A stretch of DNA of 64,000 nt from Pelagomonas calceolata (GCA_918797485.1 CAKKNE010000005.1:3906001-3970000), one strand, 5' to 3'. Positions 20,260 to 30,999 are shown, numbered from the stretch's first letter. Translations and numbers: made by a program. Notes: generated by a model not told the origin, from the sequence alone.

Positions 20260-21534
20260 ATGGCCGCCCGCAGCGACGCCCAAACTCTGGTAGCCCTGCG
20301 CTTCGTGGACTGCCCCCACGCCGCAAATAGATTAGAACAAAAAGTCGCGAAGGACAAAACCGAGGGTGTAGAATTCACGCCGGAAGGCGACACGAGTGTG
20401 AAACAAGACGACTTCCACTCTCTCGATTTCAGATGCAAGATCGATGATTTGGACCTGCCCGCGCGACTCGTCAATTTACCGACCATAGTAGAAACGCACA
20501 AGACATGGGACCGAGAGACATACGTGAAATGTGGTGATGTCGGTCAAATACTACTAGTATTCAAGGATGAGAGCAGTAGAACCCAGGACAAGGCGCGGCA
20601 GGCCGCCCACGCCGGCTCAGCTTGGAGTTTAGTCCATCCCGACGGCCTGACTCCTCCGCTCCAGGATGTCATCCGGAGGCGCTTCTCGAAAGCTAGAAAG
20701 AGATCTCGCAAAGATGTCACGGTCGAGGAAGTGCGCCGGGCCGAAGATCTGCTCGTGGAGCTCCGAAACAACGACAACGAAGTCGCCGAGGAGACGATCT
20801 GCGAGGATATAGTACGGTTCGAAGACTGGATGATCGACGCGAACGGCAAGGGGCGGGAGTTCCGGGAGGACGGGCTGCGGGATTCGGAGCGGGCGTGGAT
20901 GTTTTTATCATCTTCTGATCTTCGCGGTATTCGCACGACCCCGGTCCTCATGCCTGGAAAGCCGGCGGTGCAGGGCCCGGACCTGTCAACGTTAGCTGGC
21001 GTCACGGCGTACCGAACGAAAGTTGCGGAAAGGCACAGCAAGCTCGCGCAGGACGTGGCGACGCTCAAACGTACTGCGGCAGCGGCGGGAGGTCAGGTGC
21101 CTGAGGCCGCGCAGCGCGACTTACTGAAAAAGGAGGAGCAGCGCAAGAAGCTTGGTATTACTATGGCGCGGCTCGACCAAAAAATACTCGAGTTTACTGC
21201 CGCTGCCGCCGGCGAGCAGCTCCCGGCCTCCGCGGCGGCGTCGCCGAAGGCTCCTCCTGGCGCGGGCAAGCGCATCTCGCTGAAGCTGCCCGGGGCGCCC
21301 GCGCCCGCAGCGGGCTCGGGCAAGCGGCTGTCTCTCAAATTACCGACGCGGCCCGCGGAGCCTGTTGTCGAGGCGCCGCCGATGGGGACGGCCGCGCCGA
21401 TGGACGTCGAGCCGCCGGCGGCGCCGCGGACGGGCAAGCGGCTGTCGCTGAAGCTGCCCGCGCGGCTCGCGGACCAGCCCCCACCGCCTCCTTCTCCGCC
21501 GCCGCCGTCCTCGAGTGCGATGTCGGATGATTAG
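20260..21534 (+). CDS. TAF7: TFIID subunit 7 (TAFII55 N-terminal domain)
   Basis: LPARLVNLPTIVETHKT...YVKCGDVGQILLV and GLTPPLQDVIRRRF. Confidence 0.88.
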   Translation: MAARSDAQTLVALRFVDCPHAANRLEQKVAKDKTEGVEFTPEGDTSVKQDDFHSLDFRCKIDDLDLPARLVNLPTIVETHKTWDRETYVKCGDVGQILLVFKDESSRTQDKARQAAHAGSAWSLVHPDGLTPPLQDVIRRRFSKARKRSRKDVTVEEVRRAEDLLVELRNNDNEVAEETICEDIVRFEDWMIDANGKGREFREDGLRDSERAWMFLSSSDLRGIRTTPVLMPGKPAVQGPDLSTLAGVTAYRTKVAERHSKLAQDVATLKRTAAAAGGQVPEAAQRDLLKKEEQRKKLGITMARLDQKILEFTAAAAGEQLPASAAASPKAPPGAGKRISLKLPGAPAPAAGSGKRLSLKLPTRPAEPVVEAPPMGTAAPMDVEPPAAPRTGKRLSLKLPARLADQPPPPPSPPPPSSSAMSDD

Positions 21535-21733
21535 ATTAACAGCTAGTTATGTGAATTTTTTTCCACGAGAACCTGCACCGAGGAAAACCTGCGCGCCGTC
21601 GTCCGCGACCGTGATAACCTAGGTGTGTTTTGGGTCGCGGCGGCGGCGTGCAACGGACGCCACCGGCTGTGCGCGAGTTTTAAAAACCCGTCTTGTATCG
21701 GCGCCAGCCGTTCCCGAGACGTGTTCCCGCCAG

Positions 21734-21758
21734 GCTAGTGTGTTACAAAAACGCTAGC
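21734..21758 (+). promoter_or_regulatory. CTAG-N15-CTAG upstream element
   Basis: GCTAGTGTGTTACAAAAACGCTAGC, 236 bp before ATG 21994. Confidence 0.7.
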
Positions 21759-21993
21759 AAGCGCAGCGCAGCGCAAAAAGACTTTGCAGACGACCCTCAC
21801 CATATAAACGGCCAACGACAGGTGTGAGATCGTACATAAGGATCGCGGAAGCCACCTCAAGCTTCAGCGCGGACGCCGAGGGCCCTGGCCGACAGCCCGG
21901 AAAGACTTGGCCCAGGAACACGCGTAGCGCATAGCCGCCGTAGAGCCGCCGCCGCGCGTCAGCGTCAACGCCGCCGCGCCGCCAGTACGCACC

Positions 21994-22704
21994 ATGGCCA
22001 ACAACCCGAACACGGACCCCTGGAGCTGGTACACCGAAATACCAGTGGTGTCGAGAATGTACCTCACGGCGAGCGTCGCGACGACTGCGGCCTGCGCTTT
22101 AGATCTCGTGTCGCCCTTCTCACTCTACTACAATTATAGTTTAATATACCACGAGGGCCAGGTGTGGCGCTTAGCGACGAATTTCCTATTCTTTGGGATG
22201 TTTTCACTAGATTTTCTATTTCACATGTACTTTTTGTGCCGATACTGTCGACTCCTGGAAGAGGGCGAGTTTCGGGGACGAACAGGCGACTTCATCGTCA
22301 TGCTCGCGTTCGGGGCGAGCTGCATGGTGCTGCTCGCGCCCTGGATCTCGGTGCATTTCCTCGGGTCTTCGCTCGCGTTCATGATGGTTTATGTGTGGGG
22401 GAGAAGGAACGAAGGGGTCCGGATGTCCTTTCTGGGCCTGTTCCCCTTCACGGCGCCGTACCTGGCGTGGGTGCTGTTGGCGTTCTCGATGGTGATGGGC
22501 AACCCGCCCACGACGGACGTCGTCGGCATCTGTGTCGGGCATTCTTATTATTGGCTGGAGTACGTCTACCCGAAGCTGGCGGAGATCCGGGGGTTCCGGT
22601 GGAAGCGGCCGCTGGCCGTGCCGTCTCTGTTCACGCGGCCGTGGTTTAGGAGAAGAGTGGCTGTGCCAGAGAATCTTTCGGAGCTGCACGCGCATCAAGA
22701 CTAA
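21994..22704 (+). CDS. Derlin (Der1-like ERAD protein, Derlin-2/3 type)
   Basis: IPVVSRMY, QVWRLATNFLFFG, FLFHMYFLCRYCRLLEEG, YVWGRRN, APYLAWVLL and GHSYY. Confidence 0.93.
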   Translation: MANNPNTDPWSWYTEIPVVSRMYLTASVATTAACALDLVSPFSLYYNYSLIYHEGQVWRLATNFLFFGMFSLDFLFHMYFLCRYCRLLEEGEFRGRTGDFIVMLAFGASCMVLLAPWISVHFLGSSLAFMMVYVWGRRNEGVRMSFLGLFPFTAPYLAWVLLAFSMVMGNPPTTDVVGICVGHSYYWLEYVYPKLAEIRGFRWKRPLAVPSLFTRPWFRRRVAVPENLSELHAHQD

Positions 22705-22717
22705 AATGTACTATGAA

Positions 22718-23950
22718 TTACCACTTCTCCCGGTCGCCCTTCGCCAGGGCCTCCCGCTCGATCTCCTCCGCGAGCTCATCATCTAAAAACATGTCGGGCC
22801 TATCGGCCAGGTCGGGCAGGACCTTGTCGAAGCTCTCCGTGCCCTCGGCTAAAGCTTTCGCTCCAGCTATTCGGAACGTCGCGCCGTCCAAAATGCGCGC
22901 GTCTACCCGGAATTGCTCGTTCGCGCCGGTGTACGTGTCGGCGAGGTCGGAGAGCACCTGCAAAATGGCGAAAAACGACGTCGCCGTCAGCGAGAACAGC
23001 ACGCGCACGACCGTCTCCGACAGGAACTGGCGCGTCGCGGCGAAGGAGCCCATCGCCGCGGCGCGGCACGCGAACGTATATAAAATAGCGACCATCAGGG
23101 CGATGATCGTCGTGAAGACGCCGCGCGGCAGCGAGGCGTTCAGAGCACTTCTATACTCCTGCCTGACCTGATTGAGCTCAAAAACTAAGACTTCGCACTG
23201 GTAGATGGCCGCCGTCGACGATGAGGGCGAGAAGCCGTACTTCGGGCCGGCGATCTGATTATCTAAACATTCCGCGACCACATCGAGAATCGCGAGGGAC
23301 CGCTTCTGCTGGCCGTCCCAGTGCGCGTAGTAGTCGCGGTAGCCGTAGACCGTGGACTTGCGGATCGATTTGCGCTTTTCTTCCACGTAGCGCTCGAGGA
23401 CGCTCGTGACGCGTTTGAGCCGGGCCTTGTCGTACCTGAACAACTTGACGAGCTGCTGCGCTAGCGTGTCCAATAGAGAGGCCTCCCGGAGCATGCAGCA
23501 CCGAATCTTCTCCTGCCGGTCGCGTAGCACAGAGACCGCTGTCGATACTAGCGTGCCGAGCACGATGGACAGCGACGCAAGCACCACGTCCTCGATCGAG
23601 TTGAGCACCTCCCGACTCAGGTCCGTGCCGGTCCCCAGGAAGAACGCCGTGCCGACGAGCGTCGGCGGCGCGAGCCAGGATAAGGCCCCGGCGCCGACGA
23701 GGGCCGGAAAGCTGCGCATGCTGCGCAGGATCTTGTTCGTGAGCTCGAGCGGCGCGTCCTCGGGCACGTTTTTCGGGACTTCCGTCTCTTCTGTCGCGGC
23801 GAGGAGCCTTACTCTAGGTGATGCGCGATGACCCCTCGGCGCCCACGCAGTGCCAATTCGGAGCGGCGCGAGTCGTCGAGGCGGCGCCCAAGCGACGGCG
23901 GTCCATGCGCAGGATGCAAGGAGCAGTGCTCCGCTCGAGCTCAGAGCCAT
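22718..23950 (-). CDS. Membrane protein with signal/plastid presequence (bestrophin/DUF4239-like, uncertain)
   Basis: Signal peptide ending VAWAP followed by an Arg-rich transit-like stretch; TM hairpins; LQVLSDLAD.Y.G motif. Confidence 0.65.
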   Translation of the reverse strand: MALSSSGALLLASCAWTAVAWAPPRRLAPLRIGTAWAPRGHRASPRVRLLAATEETEVPKNVPEDAPLELTNKILRSMRSFPALVGAGALSWLAPPTLVGTAFFLGTGTDLSREVLNSIEDVVLASLSIVLGTLVSTAVSVLRDRQEKIRCCMLREASLLDTLAQQLVKLFRYDKARLKRVTSVLERYVEEKRKSIRKSTVYGYRDYYAHWDGQQKRSLAILDVVAECLDNQIAGPKYGFSPSSSTAAIYQCEVLVFELNQVRQEYRSALNASLPRGVFTTIIALMVAILYTFACRAAAMGSFAATRQFLSETVVRVLFSLTATSFFAILQVLSDLADTYTGANEQFRVDARILDGATFRIAGAKALAEGTESFDKVLPDLADRPDMFLDDELAEEIEREALAKGDREKW

Positions 23951-24162
23951 TGCCCTGCCGCACAAGCGACGTCTGCGGCGGTCTGCGCGGTGCAGGAGGC
24001 AGTGCTCTCCCAGGAGTGTTGCTCAGAGCCAATCGTTGCCGCAAGCGAGACGGCGCAGCGATGATTATACACAAAAAGCGTCAAGAAACGATCCGGTGCG
24101 CTGGTTTGCGCAACTCCTGAGCAGTTCTGGCTGCCAAAACCTTGCAAGCTTGCCAATAATAC

Positions 24163-24185
24163 CTAGCGTCAACAATCACACTAGC
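24163..24185 (-). promoter_or_regulatory. CTAG-N14-CTAG upstream element (variant)
   Basis: Minus strand GCTAGTGTGATTGTTGACGCTAG, 213 bp before ATG 23950. Confidence 0.6.
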
Positions 24186-24246
24186 GAGCCGCTTACTTGT
24201 CGGCACGATGCGTTTAGATTAATTAATTGCACATGCGGAGCACTCA

Positions 24247-25137
24247 TCAAAGCACCACAACCGGAAACGCCACAGAAATAGCGGCCCCAACATCCTCCGC
24301 CAGTACCTCCACCGACACCACGGTCCCGTCCGGCAGGGCCACGCCGACGACGTCGCCGGCGCGTCGTTCGGGAGGCACGGCGACCTCCACCACCCCGCCC
24401 AGTTCCAACCGCGCCCCCTCACTCACACCCTCTGGCACGAGAACGTGCACGACGCCAAAGTCCGTGTTCACTCTAAGGACGTCGCCCGGCTCGGGCCCCG
24501 CCGGCAGGTCAACGACCGGCGCGCTCGCCGGCAGTAATTGCGGCGCCGGCTTCGTGTCGTCGACCACCTCCACTTTGGGCGTGGCGTCGTCCTTCTTCAC
24601 CACAATAATCGGCGTGCCGTCCTCGACGCGTCTCGTCGCGATGACCTGCCGCCCGTTTTTTTGCGAGGTCTTCACCGTCTCCTCGCCCGCTCGAGCGACC
24701 AAGGACACGTTGCCGTCCGGGAGGAGCTCGACGCCGCAGTCCGCGAGGGCCTCCGCGTCATTCAGCGACTCTCGTCTGACGGTCTCGCCCTTGGCGATGG
24801 CGTCATTCACGACATTCGAGAACCTGGAAGAATTCGTCTGGTCCGTCAGCCCCGCGTTGTCCGCGAGCATGTGCCGCGCGTCGCAGCCCATGCACTTTCC
24901 AATAACAACGCCCTCGTTCCACGCGACGCGACTCACCGAGATGGCGTTCCTCGTCTCGCAGCGGTTGCAGGTGTACACCAACGTGAAGCGCTCGGACAGC
25001 GGCACCTGGACGCGCGCGACTTTGCTGGGGTCGAGCTCGCCGAAGCCCTTGCCCCCCGCGATCAGTGAGGTGGAGCGCGTGAGGTGGAGCGGCGTGAAGG
25101 CCGCCGCGGCGGTCGTGAGGGCGACGAGTGCTCTCAT
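24247..25137 (-). CDS. DNL-type zinc finger protein (Zim17/Hep Hsp70 escort), plastid-targeted
   Basis: FTLVYTCNRCETRN...GVVIGKCMGCDARHMLADN; AAAF-TP bipartite presequence. Confidence 0.85.
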   Translation of the reverse strand: MRALVALTTAAAAFTPLHLTRSTSLIAGGKGFGELDPSKVARVQVPLSERFTLVYTCNRCETRNAISVSRVAWNEGVVIGKCMGCDARHMLADNAGLTDQTNSSRFSNVVNDAIAKGETVRRESLNDAEALADCGVELLPDGNVSLVARAGEETVKTSQKNGRQVIATRRVEDGTPIIVVKKDDATPKVEVVDDTKPAPQLLPASAPVVDLPAGPEPGDVLRVNTDFGVVHVLVPEGVSEGARLELGGVVEVAVPPERRAGDVVGVALPDGTVVSVEVLAEDVGAAISVAFPVVVL

Positions 25138-25290
25138 CGCTGCGATGTGAGAAGCTGCTTTGGAGAGGCGATTTGATCGCTTCTTTCGGTCCTGCCGACT
25201 GCGTAGCAGTGAGAGCTATCACAAAAACGCTTTTGTGAGCACGAATGGCGCTCTCTGTCGCTTGTAAAGGCAGAATGCAAGTTGGCGGTA

Positions 25291-25313
25291 CTAGCGTCAT
25301 GTGAGACACTAGC
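25291..25313 (-). promoter_or_regulatory. CTAG-N14-CTAG upstream element
   Basis: Minus strand GCTAGTGTCTCACATGACGCTAG, 154 bp before ATG 25137. Confidence 0.7.
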
Positions 25314-25465
25314 CACCAAGCACTCGATCGTCTTCCAAGGCGCATAGAGCAGCGTATAAGGTTCGCCACTCCCGCAGCGCTGGCCAAAGCTTCCAAAAAT
25401 TACTCGAGACTGCGTTCGCCCCAGCTTTTTGCAAGACACGCGCTGCACGCCAACGCTGCGACAGC

Positions 25466-26479
25466 ATGGCGACGAAAAAGCTCATCGTCTACGTGAAGCA
25501 CGAGGAGGGCGACGAGTCGAGGCACCTCAACACGAAGTTCACCGTGCCCAAGAGCTGGCGGCCGGGCCCCGTCGAGAAGTTGTTAGCGTTTGCGGTCGAC
25601 ACCTACAACGGCAAGCACGCGGACACGCCGCTGGCCAAGGACGGCGTGCACTTCGAGCTCGAGGGCGAGACGCTCGGGCTGGAGGACGTCGTCGAGCAGT
25701 GTATACAACCCAAGGCCGAGCTACTGATCGTGAGCGGCCCGTCTCCGGCCATAGGCTCGGCCCGTCAAAAAATCATAGATGAAGAAAAACGGAAGGCCGA
25801 CGAGGCCGAAGCAAAAAGGAAATGGGCCGAAGGCAAAGTAAAATGCCAGAACTTCGGCTGCGCCCAGTTGTTTGATCCGAACGACAACCCCGAAGGTTCG
25901 TGCAAGCACCACGTCGGCCCGCCCTTCTTCCACGACTGCAACAAGGGCTGGACCTGCTGCAAGGGCAAGACGGCCATGGACTGGGACGACTTCCAGAAGC
26001 TGCCGACGTGTGCCGTCGGTAGGCACTCTGCCACACCGCCCAAAGCGCCGGAGAAGCCTAAGCCGACCTGCGTTCCCTGTGCGCCAGTACCTACGAAGTC
26101 CATCGAGAACTACAACCAGAACGAGGGCAAAGAAGCGCCGACGGGCGCGAAATCATTCGCTAGGGCTACTGGAACAAAAGCTAAACCCAAGGTCACGAGG
26201 TATGAGGACGGCACGTACCGGTGCCAGAACAAGGGCTGCCAGGCGCGGTTCCGGCCGGAGGACAACCATGCCAAAGCTTGTACGTATCACAAAGGCACGC
26301 CCGTCTTCCACGAAACATTGAAATGGTGGGGCTGCTGCCCGAACTCCAAAAAGATGGACTTCGACGACTTCCTGGCCGTGCCCGGGTGCGCGTCCGGACC
26401 GCATTGGACGGGCGAGGGCGACCCTCCCCAAATCGAGGAGATCATCTCCATGTCCGAGGAGGGTTTTGATCTGGGCTAG
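25466..26479 (+). CDS. CHORD-domain protein (RAR1/CHORDC1-like) with ubiquitin-like N-terminal domain
   Basis: Two CHORD domains: CQNFGC...CKHHVGPPFFHD..KGWTCC...C..GRH and CQNKGC...CTYHKGTPVFHE..KWWGCC...C..GPH. Confidence 0.9.
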   Translation: MATKKLIVYVKHEEGDESRHLNTKFTVPKSWRPGPVEKLLAFAVDTYNGKHADTPLAKDGVHFELEGETLGLEDVVEQCIQPKAELLIVSGPSPAIGSARQKIIDEEKRKADEAEAKRKWAEGKVKCQNFGCAQLFDPNDNPEGSCKHHVGPPFFHDCNKGWTCCKGKTAMDWDDFQKLPTCAVGRHSATPPKAPEKPKPTCVPCAPVPTKSIENYNQNEGKEAPTGAKSFARATGTKAKPKVTRYEDGTYRCQNKGCQARFRPEDNHAKACTYHKGTPVFHETLKWWGCCPNSKKMDFDDFLAVPGCASGPHWTGEGDPPQIEEIISMSEEGFDLG

Positions 26480-26491
26480 GTCGCGTTAAAG

Positions 26492-27184
26492 TTACCTATT
26501 CTTAGATATGCTCCGGAGGTCCTCCCGGAAGTCCTCGTAGTCAATATTGCCGCTCTTGAGCGACGCGACGCGCTTCGGGTCCTGCCTTCTTAACTCAAGC
26601 TCGGCGTCGATGGCGTCGGCGATCGTCGGGTTGCGCTGCGACCGCGCGGCGTTGCAGGGCGTACACGACGCCGTGTTCGACGCCTTGCCCCGCAGCTCCA
26701 GATTCGGGCCCTTCGAGAGGATCCAGAGCGCGCAGTGGTACTCGCCGTTGTACGCCGCGGCCCAGATCGGCGTGCAGCCGTCCGCGTCGACGGCGTCCAG
26801 ATTTATGTCAGGCCGCTGCACGAGCCACCGTACCATCGGCAGGTGGCCCTCGGCCGCCGCCCAGTGCAGCGCCGTCCAGCCGTCTCCATCCGCACTGTTG
26901 AGGAGCTTTTCGCGGTCGCCGCCCCGTCCGTCCTGGCCCTTTTCTAGTAATTTCTCGGCCGCCTGGATGTCCGCGTACAGCTTGGCGCCGGCCTTCTGCG
27001 CGCCCTTGACGTAGGCGCCGCACGCGATGCGGAAGTCCTGGTCGCGCTGTTCTCTTTTGGTCAGGTTTCTAGGCTTCGGTTTTCGCGGCGACGGCGGGCC
27101 GCTCGTGAGGTGATCGAACCTCGCTTCCAGGGCTGCGGCCGCCAGCCTTTTGGAAGCTGCGATGGCTCTGAAGGAGTCGGCCAT
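26492..27184 (-). CDS. Ankyrin-repeat protein
   Basis: DGWTALHWAAAEGHLPMVRWLV and DGCTPIWAAAYNG. Confidence 0.85.
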   Translation of the reverse strand: MADSFRAIAASKRLAAAALEARFDHLTSGPPSPRKPKPRNLTKREQRDQDFRIACGAYVKGAQKAGAKLYADIQAAEKLLEKGQDGRGGDREKLLNSADGDGWTALHWAAAEGHLPMVRWLVQRPDINLDAVDADGCTPIWAAAYNGEYHCALWILSKGPNLELRGKASNTASCTPCNAARSQRNPTIADAIDAELELRRQDPKRVASLKSGNIDYEDFREDLRSISKNR

Positions 27185-27515
27185 CTTGGAGATGGAGCCG
27201 TATGGTGATCGGTACTGCTGCCTTTGGCTGCCCGCTGCGTTCGGCGTGCCTTGTATGCTTGCTCCCGCGCACTGGTTGGTCGCGGCAGGCCGAGTTAGGG
27301 TTCGCAGAGCGCCCCGGCGCCGGCCGCAGAGCAAAAATGAGTGCGGGTTGCAGACCGGAACTGGCGTCTCCTACTACTCAGCTGACCCGCGAGCAGATCG
27401 CTCTCGACTGTAGCCGGCCGCCTGGGCCGCGTGAGTAGGCGCCCGACGACGACCGCGCGCCCGGCCGCCAGCAAAATGAGTAAAAAGCACAACACAAAGT
27501 TAGCGGCACAAGATC

Positions 27516-27878
27516 TCAAACCTCCGCCTTGCACGGCACGGCGTCATCGCCGTCGACGACGTGCCGAATGTACTCGCGCATGTCCGCGACGACCTCGGGC
27601 AGGTTGCGCGCGTTCGCGAGCACGCGGTTCTCCGACGCGAGCACCGCGTTGTCGTGCTGCAGCGCGGCGATCTCCAGCCGCGCGAAGGCGAGCTCGGCGG
27701 CCACCGTCGTGCAGGCCGAGTAGTCCTCCTCCTCCGCCCGGGGCATTGATGCGGCGCCGCGGAGGCCTGGCGTCGCCTCTTCTCGTCGAGGAACCGCCGG
27801 CGCCGCGGCCGCGTGACCCGCCGCGTCGAGCTGCGCTTTAGCTGCGGCGAATGTCGCGACCGCAACGATGCGGCGCAT
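27516..27878 (-). CDS. Small hypothetical protein with signal peptide and coiled coil
   Basis: MRRIVAVATFAAAKA N-terminus, heptad-like segment, upstream CTAG element. Confidence 0.5.
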   Translation of the reverse strand: MRRIVAVATFAAAKAQLDAAGHAAAAPAVPRREEATPGLRGAASMPRAEEEDYSACTTVAAELAFARLEIAALQHDNAVLASENRVLANARNLPEVVADMREYIRHVVDGDDAVPCKAEV

Positions 27879-28083
27879 GGTATTATACTGCCTTGTTGAT
27901 TGACGGCTGTGGCTCTTGATTGCAGAGGCTGATTGCAGAGGCTGTGGCTCTGGCTCTGCGAGGTCTGTCGCGGCGCGCGGGCGCGCGCAGGTCCTCGTAG
28001 GTGCAGGCGCGAACCAACGCCGCTAGAGGCGCGTCGATGTCGCGCGCTTGCGGCTCATACGCCTGCGCAAGTAATTTTTTGCG

Positions 28084-28108
28084 GCTAGCGTTCGATAGAC
28101 ACACTAGC
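28084..28108 (-). promoter_or_regulatory. CTAG-N15-CTAG upstream element
   Basis: Minus strand GCTAGTGTGTCTATCGAACGCTAGC, 206 bp before ATG 27878. Confidence 0.65.
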
Positions 28109-28290
28109 ACACATCCGCGCCCAAAACTCAAATCAAAGCGATAGCGTGCGACGCTCATCGTATCGCCCCGGATAGCACCAAGAGCTGCCAGGCTACCAGC
28201 GCTGAGCACTTCACCTCGCGCGGCAGCCGCACTGCCGACGTGGCACAGCCTTGACTCGCAGCCACAGCCACAGCCTCAGCCTCAGCTGCG

Positions 28291-29226
28291 ATGGATCCGC
28301 CGCGGACGCCGCTGCGCGAGCGCCAGCCCTCGCCGACCGGTGCCGCGCGACCAGCCAGCGCGGGCTGCCAGCCACGCACTCCCAAGCCGGCGACGTCGCC
28401 GTGCGCCCGGACGCCGCCGACGCAGCGAGGGACACGCACGCCAGCGACGCCGCCGACGCGCCCGCGCCACAGCAGCTCGCCGCGGTCGACGCCCGTGCGC
28501 GCCCTGGCCGTGTCGCCCAGCGCCAGGACGCCGGCAAGGCAACCGAGCACGCCGCGGTCGACGCCCGCGCGCGCGCGGTCTTTTTCGCCCGTCCTACAAT
28601 CCCCCGGCCTCACGCCCGTCGACCGTAGTGATTCGAGACTCGGCGCGCCCTTCCCGCACTGGGCGCAGACGACGCCCCAATCCTACGCGCGGTCGGCTCG
28701 GGCGTCGCGGAGTTTTGAAGTGGTGACCTGGAACTCGCGGCCCGGGCGCGCATCGCCGACGCTCCGGGAGCGCCTCGCCGCGGCGCGGAAGAGTCCAATG
28801 CCGCTGCGGACGCCGCCGCGCCGGTCTATTGATGATGAGTGCTGCAGCATTTGTCTGGAGCCGCTGAACGACGACAAACAAAAAATACATGTGTTGCAGA
28901 CGTGCTCCCATAGATTTCATCTAGACTGCATTAAACGAGCGAGGGAGCGCATGGCGACGCCGTGCTGCCCGCTGTGTCGGGGCGATCTGGGTGCGGGCCT
29001 GACGCCGCAGCAGGCCCGGGCGCGGACGCCGGCGTTGGATCGGTTTAGATTTAGCGCGCACCGCGGCTACGCGGTGGCCGAGCACACCTCTGCAATCAGA
29101 AGCAATGCCTCGCGTGTTCGGGCGCGCATGATGGCCGCTCCGCTCCGGCCCCTCGGCGAGGACGACGGTTTGTTAGGCGGCGAGCCGCAGCGGTTCACGC
29201 TGACGGACGAGGACCCCGTGTTCTGA
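28291..29226 (+). CDS. RING finger protein (RING-H2 type E3 ligase-like)
   Basis: CSICLEPL...CSHRFHLDCI...CPLCR; Pro/Ser/Thr-rich N-terminus. Confidence 0.85.
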   Translation: MDPPRTPLRERQPSPTGAARPASAGCQPRTPKPATSPCARTPPTQRGTRTPATPPTRPRHSSSPRSTPVRALAVSPSARTPARQPSTPRSTPARARSFSPVLQSPGLTPVDRSDSRLGAPFPHWAQTTPQSYARSARASRSFEVVTWNSRPGRASPTLRERLAAARKSPMPLRTPPRRSIDDECCSICLEPLNDDKQKIHVLQTCSHRFHLDCIKRARERMATPCCPLCRGDLGAGLTPQQARARTPALDRFRFSAHRGYAVAEHTSAIRSNASRVRARMMAAPLRPLGEDDGLLGGEPQRFTLTDEDPVF

Positions 29227-29389
29227 GCTTCTTCTGCCCTGTCAGGCGTCGTACTGGCCTTCCGAGGGGGCCGTCGCGTCGATAGCGTGGAGGCGCAACG
29301 CGACGGCCACGTCGACGGCGTCGAGGCGACGTGGTCTCATGAAGGCGCCATCGCCCGGAGGAACCCCCATTGTGTGTAACTAACTCAAC

Positions 29390-30712
29390 TTAACCCTCCG
29401 CGGCGGCGGGCGAGAACGACAGCCGGCCGTCCGCACCACTCGTAGGATTCGGCACGGGGATCGGATCCTCTACCGACAAAGGAAAGCCAAACAAGCGCAC
29501 CTGCCAGAGGTAGAGCACCCAGGGCAATAACGCCTCCGCCTTTCCACCTTGGACAATCCCGTCCTCGATCACCTCGACCCGGAATCTCTCAATAACATCG
29601 TGCTTCGCGTGAGTGGCGTCCCACTCGAGCTTGGGCTTCTGCGGCGGCTGGGCCTTGTACTTGTTGTAGTTGTCGAAGACGGGCGCGGCCAGATATAGAC
29701 CTTCGCCCGGCGCGACCTGGAGGTTCACCGCATCATCACTCGTCAGGCCGTCCAACAACGTCGAAGGATCACCTCGGTCAGTCCTTGAAGCCTCGGACGC
29801 GACGGCGACCATCTTCCGGATCATATGTAACAAAAAGGACTGGCCCACGACTTCGAGCCGGAGCCACTCCGTGCTATCAGCTACTATCCTAGGGTCGCCG
29901 GCGTCGAATTCGAGAATAAACCTTTTGGCCTGCTCATCACTACTTTTTAAGTTTTTTGTGAAGTTGTGGTAGCGCCGCGTGCCGACGTAGCACCGCAAGA
30001 ACTGCCGCAATCTTTCAATGGCGTCCGGCGCCGCGCGGCACGCCGCGAACGTCGCCGCCACTTGTCGGGCCGCCTCGTCGGAGATTTGCCAGTCACTCGG
30101 CCGCGCGCCCTCCCGCTTCGCGAGCGCGACCGCGTTTCGGCATGCTTCGATTTTCTCGGGACCATACCCGACACTCGCAAACGCCGCGTCGATCTCGTCG
30201 TTCGACGCCAACAAGCATGAAGGTAATAAGTATGCGTACCGCCTCCGATCGCACGACTGCTTGCAATTAAATGATTTGGTCACTCGAACCGCATCGAAGA
30301 CACGAATATCATGCGGCAGCTCGTCGTTGATCCGAGATACGAGGGCGTCCACATCATCATTTTCCACTTCCAACTTCGCTGCGACGATATTTTGCGCGGC
30401 CGAGACCCGCTTGTCCGTCCGCGCGGATCGAGACCAGCCGATCTTCGAGAGGTCTTCGGCGTTTTCCGGGGACACGGCGCCGGCCTTGGAGAGGGCGACG
30501 CGCATCTCGCCCTCGATCGTCTTGAGGGCTGGATCCGTCTGGCGCTGGAGGCCGTGGTATTGCGTCCCGCGGTAGCTTAATAAAAGCGCGAGCTTGCGCT
30601 TCGGGATTCGAGCTTCGCCCGGCTTCCGCGCGAGCTCTGGTTTACCTACGCCGCGCGGGTCCACGGCCGCGGCTTTGCTAGGACCCTCGGCGGCGGCGGC
30701 GGCGCGCTTCAT
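29390..30712 (-). CDS. PUS1: tRNA pseudouridine synthase, TruA family (PUS1-like)
   Basis: YRGTQYHGLQ, SARTDKRVSA (catalytic Asp), CDRRRYAY, GTRRYHNFT and GQSFLLHMIRKMV. Confidence 0.9.
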   Translation of the reverse strand: MKRAAAAAEGPSKAAAVDPRGVGKPELARKPGEARIPKRKLALLLSYRGTQYHGLQRQTDPALKTIEGEMRVALSKAGAVSPENAEDLSKIGWSRSARTDKRVSAAQNIVAAKLEVENDDVDALVSRINDELPHDIRVFDAVRVTKSFNCKQSCDRRRYAYLLPSCLLASNDEIDAAFASVGYGPEKIEACRNAVALAKREGARPSDWQISDEAARQVAATFAACRAAPDAIERLRQFLRCYVGTRRYHNFTKNLKSSDEQAKRFILEFDAGDPRIVADSTEWLRLEVVGQSFLLHMIRKMVAVASEASRTDRGDPSTLLDGLTSDDAVNLQVAPGEGLYLAAPVFDNYNKYKAQPPQKPKLEWDATHAKHDVIERFRVEVIEDGIVQGGKAEALLPWVLYLWQVRLFGFPLSVEDPIPVPNPTSGADGRLSFSPAAAEG

Positions 30713-30976
30713 CGTGGCGACGCGGCGCAGCGGCGCGCGCAGCGCGACGGCCGCTCGCAGCGTGAGGAACAGCGTGAGACGCGTCTTTTTTTACCCACGC
30801 GCGCGAGCGCTTCGCTGTGCTGCTCTGGCAGCTCCCAGTGTGAATTGCAGCAAGCCTCAACGCTTGCCGAGCGAGTGGTATTTGTCGATAGCGCGTTATG
30901 GGCTGTCCGTTAGGTGCCTTAGCGGTCACAACCTGCCGCTCAGCTCGGAGCAGCGGGCGGCAGAGGCTCTCGGCGA

Positions 30977-30999
30977 GCTAGCGTCGTATGGATGCTAGC
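30977..30999 (-). promoter_or_regulatory. CTAG-N13-CTAG upstream element (variant)
   Basis: Minus strand GCTAGCATCCATACGACGCTAGC in the PUS1/AspRS divergent region. Confidence 0.5.
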
